DNA of 64,000 bases from Mobula hypostoma. Its lineage: Eukaryota. The notes under the pieces are model-generated. The model was given only the letters and a program-made list of their open reading frames with translations, made no database searches and had not been told where the DNA came from. The position numbers and the translations under genes were made by a program. Numbering within the stretch: position 1 is the stretch's first letter; each line of letters begins with the position of its first letter. Positions 1-13,600 of this stretch are shown piece after piece. The stretch is taken from positions 186,001-250,000 of the forward strand of contig NC_086101.1 of the NCBI RefSeq assembly GCF_963921235.1. Reading direction: 5' to 3'.

Positions 1-199
1 CGGGTGGCAGTGGAGGCCAAGTCATTGGGTGTACTTAAGGCAGAGATTGATGGGTATCTGAGTAGCCAGGGCATCAAAGGTTATGGTGAGAAGGTGGGGA
101 AGTGGGACTAAATGGGAGAATGGATCAGCTCATGAAAAAATTGCGGAGCTGACTCGATGGGCCGACTGGCCAACTTCTGCTCCTTTGTCTTATGGTCTA
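1..199 (+). mobile_element. CR1 LINE 3' end fragment
   Basis: CR1-type ORF2 C-terminus and 3'UTR ending ...ctgctcctttgtcttatggtcta. Confidence 0.8.
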
Positions 200-2009
200 A
201 GTGAAAAGGAGGGTGGACAAATGAAAGGCAATGGATATCATTTACTTGGATTTTCAGAAGGCCTTTGATAAGGTATCACACACGAGGCTGCCAAAGAAGG
301 TAAATTGCTATGGAAAGGTACTGACATGGATAGAGGAATAGCTGATAGTCTGGAGATTTCCAGTGGGAATAAAGGGGAGCTTTTCAGGTTAACTGCCAGT
401 GACTGGTGGTGTTCCTCAGAGGTCAGTATTGGGACCGCTACTTTTCGCATTATTTGTCAAGGATTTAAATAATGGGATTGTGGCAAAGTTTGCGGGTGAT
501 GGAAAGATAGGTGGAGGGGTAATTTGCGTTGAGGAAGCAATGTGATTGCAGTAGGGCTTAGACAAATTTGAAGAACTGTGAAAAAAGTGGCAGATTGTAT
601 ACAGTGTTGGCAAATGTATGATAATGCATCTTGGTCTGAGGGATAATAGTGCGGACTATTATTTAAATTGGGAGAACATTCAAGCATCAGAGGTGCAGGG
701 GCCTTGGGGGTTCTCGTGCAAGAATCCAGGAAGGTGATTTCACAGGTTGAGTCTGTGGTAAAGAAGGGAAATGCAATGTTGGCTTTTCTTTGAAGGGGAG
801 TAGAATATTTAAGCAAGGAGATAATGCTGAGCCTTTATAAGACAGAAGTCAGGCTGTACATGGAGTTTTGTCAACGCTTTGGGTCCCATATCTCAGAAAG
901 GAAGGGGGTTCTCATTGAAACCTACAGAGTATTTTGTCACATACCTCGTGACGGGTTAATGACCCAGCAGCAATGGAAAACACCTTGGAATCCAGTATTG
1001 CTATTAACTAATAATATTTATTAGTAACTATGCAATACAGTAAAATAAATGCAGATAAATCAACAGGTTAGCAATGACTATATAAGTAAGTGTGGAATAT
1101 ATATGAAAACCAAGCTTCTTCAAGTCTTGGGGTAAATAGATAGTCTTATGATAGTGAGGAAAGTTCAGTTCATTTCGTCGTATTGAGTTAAGTAGCGATG
1201 GGGAGAGAGAGAGAGAGATTTGAGTCTTCAGGTGAGCTAATGCAGTCGATTTTCCGGTTATCCTCCGAAATCCTTTTTGGTCACCGACTGTGACCACAAT
1301 AAAGGGGACCTTTCCTCCGTAGTGGAATCATCAACCCAGACAAGGATAATACACATGGACAACTCCCCACCAGTCACTCCCTTTTCAGACTGCGAGAGCC
1401 ACTGATCGATCCTCCAAAAACCCACTTCTTCTTGGGCCCAACAAAGTTCATTCAGTGTCCAAAATCATGTGTCTCAGTTCTATCCTCTGACATTCTATTT
1501 ATCTCACCATACTGAGTACCAACTGTCTGTCAAATAACTTTTTTTTGTCTGTGTAAGAATATACAAGCAAGTAATGACCTTGGAGAAAGTATAAAGAACC
1601 TGTGAGCGCGCTTTCTCTCACTTTCTCTCACTTTCTCTCTCCAAAAGCACAGTTCATGGGGGTAATCAAGCACAGTTTATAGGGGTAATTCAAGACCCCA
1701 TCACAGTTGACAGGACTCGACGGGGGGGGGGTTGTGGAGTGATTGTTTCAGGTGGTGGGGATATCCAGACTAGAGGGAACAGCCTCAACATTGAGGGGAA
1801 ACCTTTTTGAACAAAGGTGAGGAGGAATATTTTTAGCCAGAGAGTAGTGACCTTGTGGAATACCCTGCCACAGACTGTGGTGGAGGCTGTCTGTGGATAA
1901 ATTTCAGATGGAAGTTGATCATTTCCTGGTCGATCAGACCATCAGTCCATCTAAGGATATGGCGAATGGGCTGAATGGCCTAATTCTGCTCCTATGTCTA
2001 ATGGTCTTA
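200..2009 (+). mobile_element. Degenerate CR1 RT region and 3' end, interrupted by an LTR-like insertion
   Basis: Decayed YLDFQKAFDKV and KFAxD motifs; CR1 3'UTR ends near 2009. Confidence 0.7.
935..1705 (-). mobile_element. Probable solo LTR
   Basis: TGT...ACA termini interrupt otherwise contiguous CR1 sequence; AATAAA on - strand; no clean TSD. Confidence 0.5.
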
Positions 2010-2229
2010 CCAAGATTCACCCTGACACCAACACCACCGCCCCCAACTTGTCCCGTTTACCCTCAATGCTGGTGGACTTTAGGACCCGGGAGAGCTCAGG
2101 TACAGCGGCCCCGCAGCAGCTGTTGAATACGCGGTGTTTCTGCTCCGTTGTCGGATGCAGTAAACGAGTTAAAATTAATGGGTCGATAATTCTCATCTCG
2201 AGTTTATTTCACTCTTCGCGCTTTTATAT

Positions 2230-2807
2230 TTACAGGGACTTTACTCTTGACACCTGTTCCGGGACCCGACCCTTTCGCAGACCCGGAGTGGAACCGGAGC
2301 AGATTCTCAGACACTGGTTTCCATCCCAAGTACAGAAGAAGGGATAAAGATTCCCCGTGAATTTGTTCCCAGTGAAGGTGTGGAGATGGGACTTGGTCTC
2401 CGCGTTGTAAAATGAAATTATCCCGGACTCATAACTGAGATAAACTCCCACCCTCCTGGCGATGGAACCGGCAGGGAGACGGGACTCAGGGGAGGTGAGA
2501 GCACCGAACACGTCATCAACCTGTGTGATGACCCAGAATCTGGTCTCCGGACTCAGTCTGACTCGTCCCTTCCTCTGCACAGACTCTACGGCGACTCCCA
2601 GCCACCAGACCCAATTCCCCGACACCTCCATCTCCCAGTAATGTCTCCCCGATGTGAATCCCTCCGATCCCAGCACACAAGGCCAGCTTGTGAATCTCTT
2701 CTCGGTGTCAGGGAGATTCCTCCGGGTCTCGGTCCGTCTTACACTCTTTCGATCCTCAGACACCTCGAGCTCCGGATTCGCCGTTTCCACATCCAGGGTG
2801 ACAGAGA
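2230..2807 (-). CDS. PRY-SPRY (B30.2) terminal exon of a TRIM/A33-like gene, open frame, upstream exons not found
   Basis: VTLDVETANPELEVSEDRKSV, RFTSWPCVLGSEGFTSGRHYWEMEV, VGVYLSYESG, LYPFF; polypyrimidine tract and AG acceptor at 2809-2808 (phase 1); AATAAA (-) at 2208-2203. Confidence 0.85.
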
Positions 2808-4267
2808 CTGGGGGCAGAAGCAGAGAGTTAGAGAGTCCCCGGAGACCGGGAGGCGACTTGGGCAGCGCAGCCCCGGGACCGGTGAAAGGCCGCTGGGCCG
2901 CATGCGCAGTCGGGTAGCTGAGAACCTTTCCTGTGATTTGACCAAACGAAAGCGGATGGACAACTACTGTCTCCCAAAGGGTTTTCCGCTGGATGGAGAG
3001 CAGATATTTCCCGATCAAACAGAAAAAAAAATGCTGGAGGAACCGTGCTGGTCAGGCAGCATGTGTGGAGAGAGATGAACAGTCTACGTTTCAGGTCGAC
3101 ATTTTCCCTCAAGAATATAAATAAATAGGGGAGATAGACAGCAGAAACGAGTGTGGGAAAGGGGTAGATTAAGATGGGAAGGGGGTGGGTGAATGGATTT
3201 AAGCAGGAGGTCACAGAGTTTCTTCGGCCCAACTTGTTCATGCCAACCAATTTGTTTCAATGAGCAATTCCCTTTCGCCCATTATTCCTTTTCCTCTTTC
3301 TTATCCACGTACCTGGCAAGATGTATTTAAAAACGTTGTCATTGTACCCAACTCTACAGTTGTTCAAGGGCCCGGTGTGAACTTAGATAATCCTCTTCGC
3401 TGTCCACTATACCATGAATTTTAATGTCACCCACAAACCTACTAACAATGTCACCTACACTATCATGCAAATCATTCACAGGAATGACAAACAACCGTAG
3501 CCCCAGCAGCGACCTCTACAGGTCACAGACGTCCAGTCTTCTGTGTTTAAGAGACACTTGGGCAGACACTTCAACAGGCAAGGCACAGAAGGAGACTGAC
3601 CTAATGCCGGCCAATGGCACAGAGGTGATGCGTCGAAGGGGACGTTTCTATGCTGTACAGCGATGGCACTGTGAACTCAATGTCTAAGAACCTCAAATCC
3701 CCTTCCACCCTACGGGTGCTGAGAATTCCAACAGATAGTGACCCCTGACCCTTGACTCCTCAGACGGGGTAACATCCTCTCTGTTGAACCCTGAAATACT
3801 TTTTTTTTGATTCCCTGAGATCCCATCTCATTCTTCTGAACAGGGAACAGAGAACATAGAACAGTACAGGACAGGAACAGGCCCTTCATTCAATGTTAAC
3901 ATTCATTTGTGAGTTAAGTGGGGGAGTATGAAGGTTCGAGACAGTAAAGGGAGTGATAATGGGAACCAGCAGGAGAGAAATAAACGGCAGATTGAACCAG
4001 AACCAGGTGTGGGAGAGGTGCAAAGCCTGCGGGTAAACTGTGAGTGCAGACGTAACAAGAAGCTAGAGGGGGACAAACATGGGTGATGAAGATCCCTTTG
4101 CCCCCTTTCCCACAACACCATTGCCTGCAGCCCCTCATTAGGACAGGGGAAGAATTTGCAGGGACCCTGAAGCAACACAGGTTCTGATGCAGGTTTTCAG
4201 CCCAAACTGTCAACAGTTTCCTCTTTTCCACAGATGCTTCCTGGCCTGCTGAGTTCCTCCAGCATAT

Positions 4268-4612
4268 TCAAAGATTCAAGAATCAAAAAACTTTATTGTC
4301 ATTCTAACCATACATCGGCTCTGCAGGGCAGAATGAGACAGCGTTTCTCAGGAGCAGTGCAATCATAACATAACAAACGCAACACTAAATAATAAACATA
4401 ACAATAAATAGTAAAACACAACAGCCACATGTCAGTTAAAATCAGTTATAAATGTCCAGTGCAAGTTAAAAGTGTCCAAAGCAGAGTCAGGTGGAGCAGC
4501 TATTTAGCAGTCTGACTGCCTGTGGGAGGAAGCTGTTTAGTAGCCTTGTGGTTTTAGTTTTAATGCTCCTGTGACATTTGCCTGATGGCAGAAGAACAAA
4601 CAGTTCATGGAG
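4268..4612 (-). mobile_element. Rex1/Babar LINE 3' fragment
   Basis: Closely matches the 3' end of the element at 60687-61563, including the (TTGAATC)n tail. Confidence 0.75.
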
Positions 4613-5295
4613 TGTGTGTGTGTGTGGCTCCAATTTAAATATACTCAATTAGTTGGCCTTCACAGCTGCCTGTGGCAGAGTCACTATGATGCGGCTAAAG
4701 GAATTCCTCCTCATCTCTGTTCTAAATGGACATTCTCTAGTCGGAGGCTGTGCCTTCTGTTCTCGACCCACCCACTATAGGAAACATTCCCGACATCATC
4801 TTTCTCCAGACAGATTTCAGAGCGATCAGGCCGAGACCCTTCAACAGGACCTGTTGCTTGGATTACCAGCATCTGCTGATTATCTCGTGTTTGATTCGTA
4901 ATGCAGAAGTTGATCGGTAAACTTGATTAGTCAAGGCGTGAAAAGTTATGGGGAGGAGGTGGGAGAATAGGGTTGAGGAGGATAATACATTAGTCATTCT
5001 TCTAAACTCCTATGAGTACAGGCCCAGAACCATCAAACACTCCTCATATGTTAACTCTTTCTTTCCTGGAATCATTCCTGTGAACCTCCTGGACCCTTTT
5101 CAATGCCAGCACATCTTTTTCCGATATAAGGGACTCACAATACTAACTTGTGGTCTGACCAATGCCTTATGAAACCTCAGAACTACTTCCTATTTGAATC
5201 CACTCGAAATGAAGGCTGACGTTGAGATTGCCGATCATACTACTGACACAAACTGCAAGATAACCTTTAGGGAATCCTGCACAAGGACACTAAAG

Positions 5296-6654
5296 TATCA
5301 TAGTGGCGCTGGGAGGTGGGAACGGACCCAAATACAAGACATACTGAAAAACAAGGAACAGGACTAGGACTAGAGTTAAGCAAGAGAAGTGGGGAAGAAA
5401 GGACGCTGGAAATAACACAGGCCCTGGACGAGACAAGGATACAGGGCATGGGCTAGGACTTAACTAGTGTAGCGGAACCAGGACATGGAACTTGGAACTA
5501 GGAGCCTGGGCTTGGACTCCGAGCTAGAGACTGGACAAGGATCCAGAAACTGGGTCTTGTCTCGGGCCTGGATCCCGGAAATAGGCGAGGTCATGACGTG
5601 GTTACAGGACTGGACATGGCTTGGGTTCTTCGAGGCTTGGTATGGACTCCAGGCCGAGACTGGGCAAGGACCCAGAACCTGGGGCTTGATTCGGGCTCGG
5701 ACTCCAGACTAGACGAGGACAAGACGTGGCTCCAGGACGAGGAGAGGCAACAGGACTGGACGTGAGACTCCTGGACAGGACAAGGGAACCCAGGCTGGGC
5801 AAGGTACTTCTGGGCTGGGCGACACACATGGACAAGACGAGAACACAAAGCCATGGATTGGACATTGCAAGGTTTTGGATCGTGGGTAGGACTGGACGAG
5901 ACCCCGAAGCATTGGCTTGTTTGAGAGAGAGAGACAGGAACGCAGTGCCTTGGTAAAGGGAGAGACAGGAATGCAGAACCTTGGTTGAGGGAGAGACAGG
6001 AACATAGAACACAGAGCTGGGACCCCTCCTTCGAATCAGGACGTAGGGCCGGGATTCATACACAGAATACAGAGCCGGGACCCCTCCTTGGGTACAGGAC
6101 GTAGGGCCGGCACTCATTACACAGAATGCAGAGTACGACGAGATGGTTTGGAACACAAGGCAACGGCAGACGGCCGGACCTACCTAACGAAGGCGTGGAC
6201 ACAGATAGTTCCCAACACTAGGTAGCAGCAAATGTCCGGACCTACCTTGAGAAGGCGAGGATACTAAGACAGATCCCAAAACTAGGTAGCAGCAAATGGC
6301 TAGACCTACCTAGTGAAGGCGTGGATACAGAGACCATTCGAAACAATGATAGACAGTTCCTTATCTTGCTTCGGCGATTGAACTTGACAGCGGTGCAGGC
6401 GAGGGTTTCAGGTGAGGCAAGGCTTCAGAAGAGGCAAGGCGTAAGGCAAGGCAACAGAAGACGGGGAAGTGAAGGTATTTAGACAGGGTGTATGGGCAGG
6501 AACAAACTAGCAGCCAGAGGCTGAATCCTGAAGCTATTTATGAAGTCAGCCCAAACAAGAATCAGCTGCCTCAACAGAAACTGGGGAAAACCAGAATAAG
6601 GAACATGGCCGGACCATGAACCGGAATGCGGATTTCACGGACCGGACCATGACA
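5296..6654 (-). mobile_element. Solo LTR (1.36 kb) of the sushi/Gypsy-type non-autonomous family
   Basis: Minus strand begins TGTCATGGTCCGGTCC like the LTRs at 18112, 19430 and 46093; flanked by taaag/caaag (5-bp TSD, one mismatch); internal tandem subrepeats. Confidence 0.8.
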
Positions 6655-9600
6655 CAAAGTCCCTTTGCACCTCTGATTTTTGAAATTTCTCGCTGTTTAC
6701 AAAATCATCTATGCCTTTATTCCTTCTATCAAATTGCATGCATGAATTCCTTAATCGTTAATCTGTCTATCACTTACTTGCCCATTTTACTAATCTGTCT
6801 CTGTCCTAATAACAACAACACTCATTTCTGTCCCCTGACACTCTCATATTTCTGACATACAGCTTCTATAATTCACAGTGAGGATTGACAGAAAATATTA
6901 AATAAGTACCTCTGCCATTTCTTTTGTCGCATTTCTCCTCTCTAATGTCATTTTCTAGGGGTGCAATATCCACTTTCTCTTCTCTTTTACTCTTCACATT
7001 TTTGTGTCCTCTTGAGTATCGTTGGCAAGCTTTCTCTCATAGCTCTTTTTTTCTCTTTATGGCTTTGTAATTGTAATCAAAATCTCTTCGATCCTCCAGC
7101 ATCCTGCTAATTTTTGCTCTATTGTATGCCCTCTCTTTCGCTTTTATGCTGTCTTTAACTTCCCATGTCAAACACGGTTACCTCATCCTCCCTGTATAAT
7201 ACTTCTTCATCTTCGGGATTTATCTATCTGAATTGCCCCTGGAACTCCAGTCTTTGTTGTCCTGCAATCATCCCTGCTGGTGTCCTCTTCCAATCTACTT
7301 CGGTCAGCTCCTCGTTCATGCCTCTGTAACTAACTTTACTCCTCTCTAATACCGATACATCTGACTTTATCTCCCTCTCAAACTCTGGGGTGAATTCTAT
7401 CATTTTATGATCACTGCTTCCTAAACGTTCTTTTACCTTCATCTCCTAAATCATATCTGGTTCATCATACAAATCCAACTGTAGAATTGCCTTTCTTCCA
7501 TTGGGCTGAACCACAAGTGGTTCTAAAAAACCATCTTGCGGGCATCTACAAATTCCCTCTCTTGGAATGCAGCATCAACATGATTTTCCCAATCTACCTG
7601 CATGTTGAAATCCCCCATTCCAACCGTCACCTTGCCCTTTTTTCCATTTTCTGGTGTAATTTTATCCCATTTCGATCATGGCTACCATTTGGAAGCCTTT
7701 ATATAATTACCATCAGGGTCTGTTTACCCTTGCAATCCTATGTCACCTCTCTCTGAGGATTTCATTTCATTTTTTACCAACAGACCCTCCCCATCCCCTC
7801 TGCCTACTTGCCTGTCTGTTGAATACAAGGTGCATTCTCGGATGTTAGGCTTCAAGCCAGGATCTCCTTTCAGCCACAACTCAGTGATGCCAACAACGTT
7901 GTACCTGCCAATCTCTACTTGTGCTACAACATCATCTATCTTATTCCGTACGCTGGTGCATTCAAATATAACACCTCCAGTCCTGTCTTCATCAGCATAT
8001 TCGACACTGTCATCATGAATTCAAGGAAGGTCTTCGATGTCGATGATAGACCACATTTGGGGTATTGTCTGCATTTCCGGTTCCCCGAATATGGGGATAC
8101 ATAGAAATATAGAAAACGTACAGCACAATACAGGCCCTTAGGCCCACAAAGCTTTGCCGAACATGCCCCTACCTTAGAACTACCTAGGCTTTACCCATGA
8201 CCCTCTATTTTCCTAAGTTCCATGAAGCCATTCAGGATTCTCTTAAAAGACCCTATCGTTTCCACCTGCACCACTGCCACTGGCACTCCATTCCATGCAC
8301 TCACCACTCTTTGCGTAAAAACTTACCCTGACATCTCCTCTGTACCTACTTCAAAGCACCTTAAAACTATGCCCTTTCGTGCTAGACATTTCAGCCCTGG
8401 GGAAAAGCCTCTGACTATCCACGCGATCAATGCCTCTCATTACCTTGTACATCTCTATCAAGTCACCTCTCATCCTCCATCGTTCCAAGGAAAAAAAGGC
8501 CGAGTTCACTCAACCTACTCTCACAAGGCATCCTCCCCAATCCAGGCAACATCCTTGTAAATCTCCACTGCACCCTTTCTATGGTTTTCATGTCCTTCCT
8601 GTAGTGAGCTGGCCAGAACTGAGCACAGTACTCCAAGTGTGGTCTGACTAGGTTCTTATATAGCTGCAACATTACCTCTCGGCTCTTTAACTCAGTCCCC
8701 CGATTGATGAAGTCCAATGCACCGTATGCCTTCTAAACCACAGAGTCAACTTGCGTAGAATGTCATTACACTGCACAGGAGGGTTCAGGAGGATGTTACC
8801 AGGATTGGGGGGGGGGGGGGTTGGGCTTGGATTAAAGGTAGGGCGTGTTAAGATTGGGCTATTTAGCTGTAGTGTTGGATGTTGGGGAATGACCTCTTAT
8901 CGAGGTAAATACATTCATAAGGGGCTGAGATAAAGTGAGTCTTTTTCCGAGAGTAGATTCTAGTACAGAACCAGAGGGCTCAGATTGAAAGTGAGAAGGA
9001 AAACTTTTATGAGGGATCTACGGGGTAACATTCTCATAGACAGGGAGGTGGGCAGATGGAGTTTGCTGATAGATGCTGCAGAAACAGGTAAAATTAAAAT
9101 ATTTTCAAATAAATTTGTACAGGTACATAGATAGGAAGTGGTTAGAGGGATATGGGGCAAACACGTACAAATGGGACATGCTCAAGAAGACAACTTAGTC
9201 TTGCAGATGCATGAAGGGGCCGTGGATTCAACATCGATCAAACCCTTCCCGAGATCATCCTCCAGAGCAATCTCACCCTGGAGTCTGTCTGTGAACTGTT
9301 GATGTGACGACACGTCAGAGGGCAGCTCAGTGCCACAGAACAGACAGTCTGTGTAAGGACGGCAGATTTCATTCCTAAATGGGAATTTGTGTCTGTCTCT
9401 TTGACCTTGTGTCATACTCTGATACTCTGATATTATGTGTGTGTGTGTGTGTTGCTTGTGGTAAATACCAGTGTGTTTGTTTGTACGCATTGAAGGAGAG
9501 GGCACACATTGAAATATTTGTATGTCACAGTGTGTCATCACGTCTGCTGTGTGCTGACAATGTGTGACATGTGTGAGTTGTTTAAATGAATAAATTACCG

Positions 9601-11200
9601 TGTCTGAAGAGAATAGTTTCCAGGTTACTGAGGGATATAGCAACGTACAATGCTGAGACTCTGACTACAATCTGCCAATTCTTCTTGTGTATGTGTGTGC
9701 AAGTGTTTTGCCGGGCTGGTTATGCTGTGTGTGCTTCTCCCGTGATGAAGTCTTGAATGATGTCAATTCTGGTTGATGTGTCTGGGTTGACTCTCACAAT
9801 GCTTCAATGGAGTGGTCTGATAACCATAAGACTACAAAACATCAGAGCAGAATTAATCCATTTGGCCCATCGAGTCTGCTCCGCCATTCAATCATGGCTG
9901 ATCCTTTTTTTCTCTCCTCAGCCCTGCACCCTGACCTTCTCCCCACAACCTTTGATATTGTGTTCAATCTAGAACCTATCAGGCTCTGCCTTAAATACGC
10001 CCAACGACCTGGACTCCACGGCTGCTTGTGGTAACTTGTTCTGCAAATTCACCACCTTTGTCTGAAGAAATTTATCTGCATCTCTGTTTTTAATAGACAC
10101 CCCTGTATCTTGAGGTTGTGCCCTCTTGTCCTGGACTCCCCCACAACGGGAAACATCCTTTCCACATCTACTCTGTCTTGGCCTTTCACATTCGAAAGGT
10201 TTCAATGAGATCCCCCGTCACCTTTCTAAATTCCAACGAGTACATTCTTGTTCTTTCTTGTTTATTCTCCTCATCCAAGTCCTTGTGCACCCTACCTGTT
10301 TCCTCAACACTACCAGCCCCTCCACCAATCTTCATATCATCTGCAAACTTAGCAACAAAACCATCTATTCCATCAGCTAAATTGTATATATTATATAGCA
10401 TAAAAAGAAGTGGTCCTAAAAGTAGACCACAAGTCCCTGCCAGCCAACCAAAACAGGATCCTTGTGTTCTCATTCGCTGCTTCCTACCAAACAGCCAATG
10501 CTCTAACCATACCAATAACATTTCTGTAATACCGTGGGCTCTTAACTTGGTAAGCAGACTCATGTGTGCACCCTTCTCAAAGGCCTTCTGAAAGTCCAAA
10601 TATACAACATGCACTAAAACCCCTTTTTCTACCCGACTTGTAATCTCCTGAAAGGGTTCCAACAGGTTTTCCAGACAAAATTGTCCCTCGAGGAAGCTAT
10701 GCTGTCTTGTCCTATCTTCTCCAGTGTCACCAAGTATTCCATAACTTCATACTTAACAATTGCCACTAACGTCTTCCCAGCCACAGAGGTGAGGCTAACT
10801 GGTCTATAATTCCCTTTCTGCTGCCTTCTTCCTTACTTAGAGTTGAGTGACATTTGCAGTTTTCCAGTCCGCTGGCACCATACCAGAGTCCAATGATTTT
10901 TGAAAGATCATTTCAAATGCCTCCACAATGTCTACCGCTACCTCTTTCAGAACACTAGGGTGCAGTTTATCTGCTCTGCGTGACTTATGCACCTTTTTGA
11001 GCACCTTCTCCCTTGTAACAGTAACTGCACTCACTTCTCTTCCCTCGCATTCTTCAACATCTGGCATAGTGCTAGTGTCTTCCACAGCGAAGACTGATGC
11101 AAAATACTCATTTAGTTCATCTGCCATCTCTTTATGCCTCGTTGCCATATATATAACCATATCCGACCTTATTTTCTCGTGGTCCTATATCCACTCTCAT
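6655..11200 (-). mobile_element. Cluster of degenerate and nested CR1 fragments (mostly -), with a non-CR1 stretch at about 9180-9820
   Basis: ORF fragments LGSSDHKMIEF, LVRPHLEYCAQFW, YLDFQKAF, KFADD, ADELNEYFASVF. Confidence 0.7.
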
Positions 11201-11227
11201 TGAGGCAAGTTCGATGTTGTCATTTAA

Positions 11228-13080
11228 CATAGAAACATAGAAACATAGAAAATAGGTGCAGGAGTAGGCCATTCGGCCCTTCGAGCCTGCACCGCCATTT
11301 ATTATGATCATGGCTGATCATCCAACTCAGAACCCAGCCTTCCCTCCATACCCCGTGACCCCTGTAGCCACAAGGGCCATATCTAACTTCCTTTTAAACA
11401 TAGCTAATGAACTGGCCTCAACAGTTTGCTGTGGCAGAGAATTCCACAGATTCACCACTCTCTGTGTGAAGAAGTTTTTCCTAACCTCGGTCCTAAAAGG
11501 CTTCCCCTCTATCCTCAAACTGTGACCCCTCGTTCTAGACCTCCCCAACATCGGGAACAATCTTCCCGCATCTAGCCTGTCCAATCCCTTTAGGATCTTA
11601 TACGTTTCAATCAGATCCCCCCTCAATCTTCTAAATTCCAACGAGTACAAGCCCAGTTCATCCAGTCTTTCTTCATATGAAAGACCTGCCATCCCAGGAA
11701 TCAATCTGGTGAACCTTCTTTGTACTCCCTCTATGGCAAGGATGTCTTTCCTCAGATTAGGGGACCAAAACTGCACACAATACTCCAGGTGTGGTCTCAC
11801 CAAGGCCTTGTACAACTGCAGTAGTACCTCCCTGCTCCTGTACTCGAATCCTCTCGCTATAAATGCCAGCATACCGTTCGCCTTTTTCACCGCCTGCTGT
11901 ACCTGCATGCCCACTTTCAATGACTGGTGTATAATGACACCCAGGTCTCGTTGCACCTCCCCTTTTCCTAATCGGCCACCATTCAGATAATAATCTGTTT
12001 TCCTATTTTTGCCACCAAAGTGGATAACTTCACATTTATCCACATTAAATTGCATCTGCCATGAGTTTGCCCACTCACCCAACCTATCCAAGTCACCCTG
12101 CATCCTCTTAGCATCCTCCTCACTGCTAACACTGCCACCCAGCTTCGTGTCATCCGCAAACTTGGAGATGCTGCATTTAATTCCCTCATCCAAGTCATTA
12201 ATATATATTGTAAACAACTGGGGTCCCAGCACTGAGCCTTGCGGTACCCCACTAGTCACCGCCTGCCATTCTGAAAAGGTCCCGTTTATTCCCACTCTTT
12301 GCTTCCTGTCTGCTAACCAATTCTCCACCCACACCAATACCTTACCCCCAATACCATGTGCTTTAAGTTTGCACACTAATCTCCTGTGTGGGACCTTGTC
12401 AAAAGCCTTTTGAAAATCCAAATATACCACATCCACTGGTTCTCCCCTATCCACTCTACTAGTTACATCCTCAAAAAATTCTATGAGATTCGTCAGACAT
12501 GATTTTCCTTTCACAAATCCATGCTGACTTTGTCCGATCATTTCACCGCTTTCCAAATGTGCTGTTATCACATCCTTGATAACTGACTCCAGCAGTTTCC
12601 CCACCACCGACGTTAGGCTAACCGGCCTATAATTCCCCGGTTTCTCTCTCCCTCCTTTTTTAAAAAGTGGGGTTACATTAGCCACCCTCCAATCCTCAGG
12701 AACTAGTCCAGAATCTAACGAGTTTTGAAAAATTATCACTAATGCATCCACTATTTCTTGGGCCACTTCCTTAAGCACTCTGGGATGCAGACCATCTGGC
12801 CCTGGGGATTTATCTGCCTTCAATCCCTTCAATTTACCTAACACCACTTCCCTACTAACATGTATTTCGCTCAGTTCCTCCATCTCACTGGACCCTCTGT
12901 CCCTTACTATTTCTGGAAGATTATTTATGTCCTCCTTAGTGAAGACAGAACCAAAGTAATTATTCAATTGGTCTGCCATGTCCTTGCTCCCCATAATCAA
13001 TTCACCTGTTTCTGTTTGCAGGGGACCTACATTTGTCTTTATCAGTCTTTTCCTTTTTACATATCTATAAAAGCTTTTAA
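11228..13080 (-). mobile_element. Young 5'-truncated CR1 with intact 557-aa RT frame (11327-13000)
   Basis: NYRPVSLTS, GVPQGSVLGP, FADD; (TTCTATGT)n tail; TTAA TSD at 11224-11227 and 13081-13084 within an older CR1 3' end. Confidence 0.95.
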
Positions 13081-13600
13081 TTAAAGTTAAATTGGACAGC
13101 TATATGGACAGGAAAGGAATGGAGGGTTTTGGGCTGAGTGCAGGTCGGTGGGACTAGGTGTGAGTAAGAGTTCCGCATGGACTAGAAAGGCCGAAATGGC
13201 CTGCTTCTGTGCTGTAATTGTTATATGGTCATATCTCTCTTTTTTACAATACTTGAAAAAAAAATTGATATTGTTTGCTCACTTATTTTACAAAGACAGG
13301 TGTGTAAAAAGTGCCCGAAGGCTCCTTGGAGACCCGAGTCACCCCAACCACAAACTGCACCATTGTTACCATCCGGGAAATGGTACCGTAGCATAATAGG
13401 CAGGACCAACAGGGCCCAGGGACATCTTCTTCCACCAGGCCATCAGACTGCTTAACTCATGCTGAGACAACTGTATTTTTTCTTTATATTGACAAGCATT
13501 TTAAATATATAATTTATCGTCGCGCCCGCAACTTAAGGTGGTTCATAGGACTCACATGTCTAAAGATAAGCTATCTCGTTTTTATTTGGATATATCTTTT

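Noticed and set aside
2808..3018. N-terminal extension of the 262-aa B30.2 ORF
   Set aside because: Lies upstream of a clear splice acceptor, has no ATG start and no domain signal; probably intron
11709..12413. Recurrent antisense ORFs in CR1 copies
   Set aside because: Shadow frames of the RT coding strand, repeated only because the copies are similar
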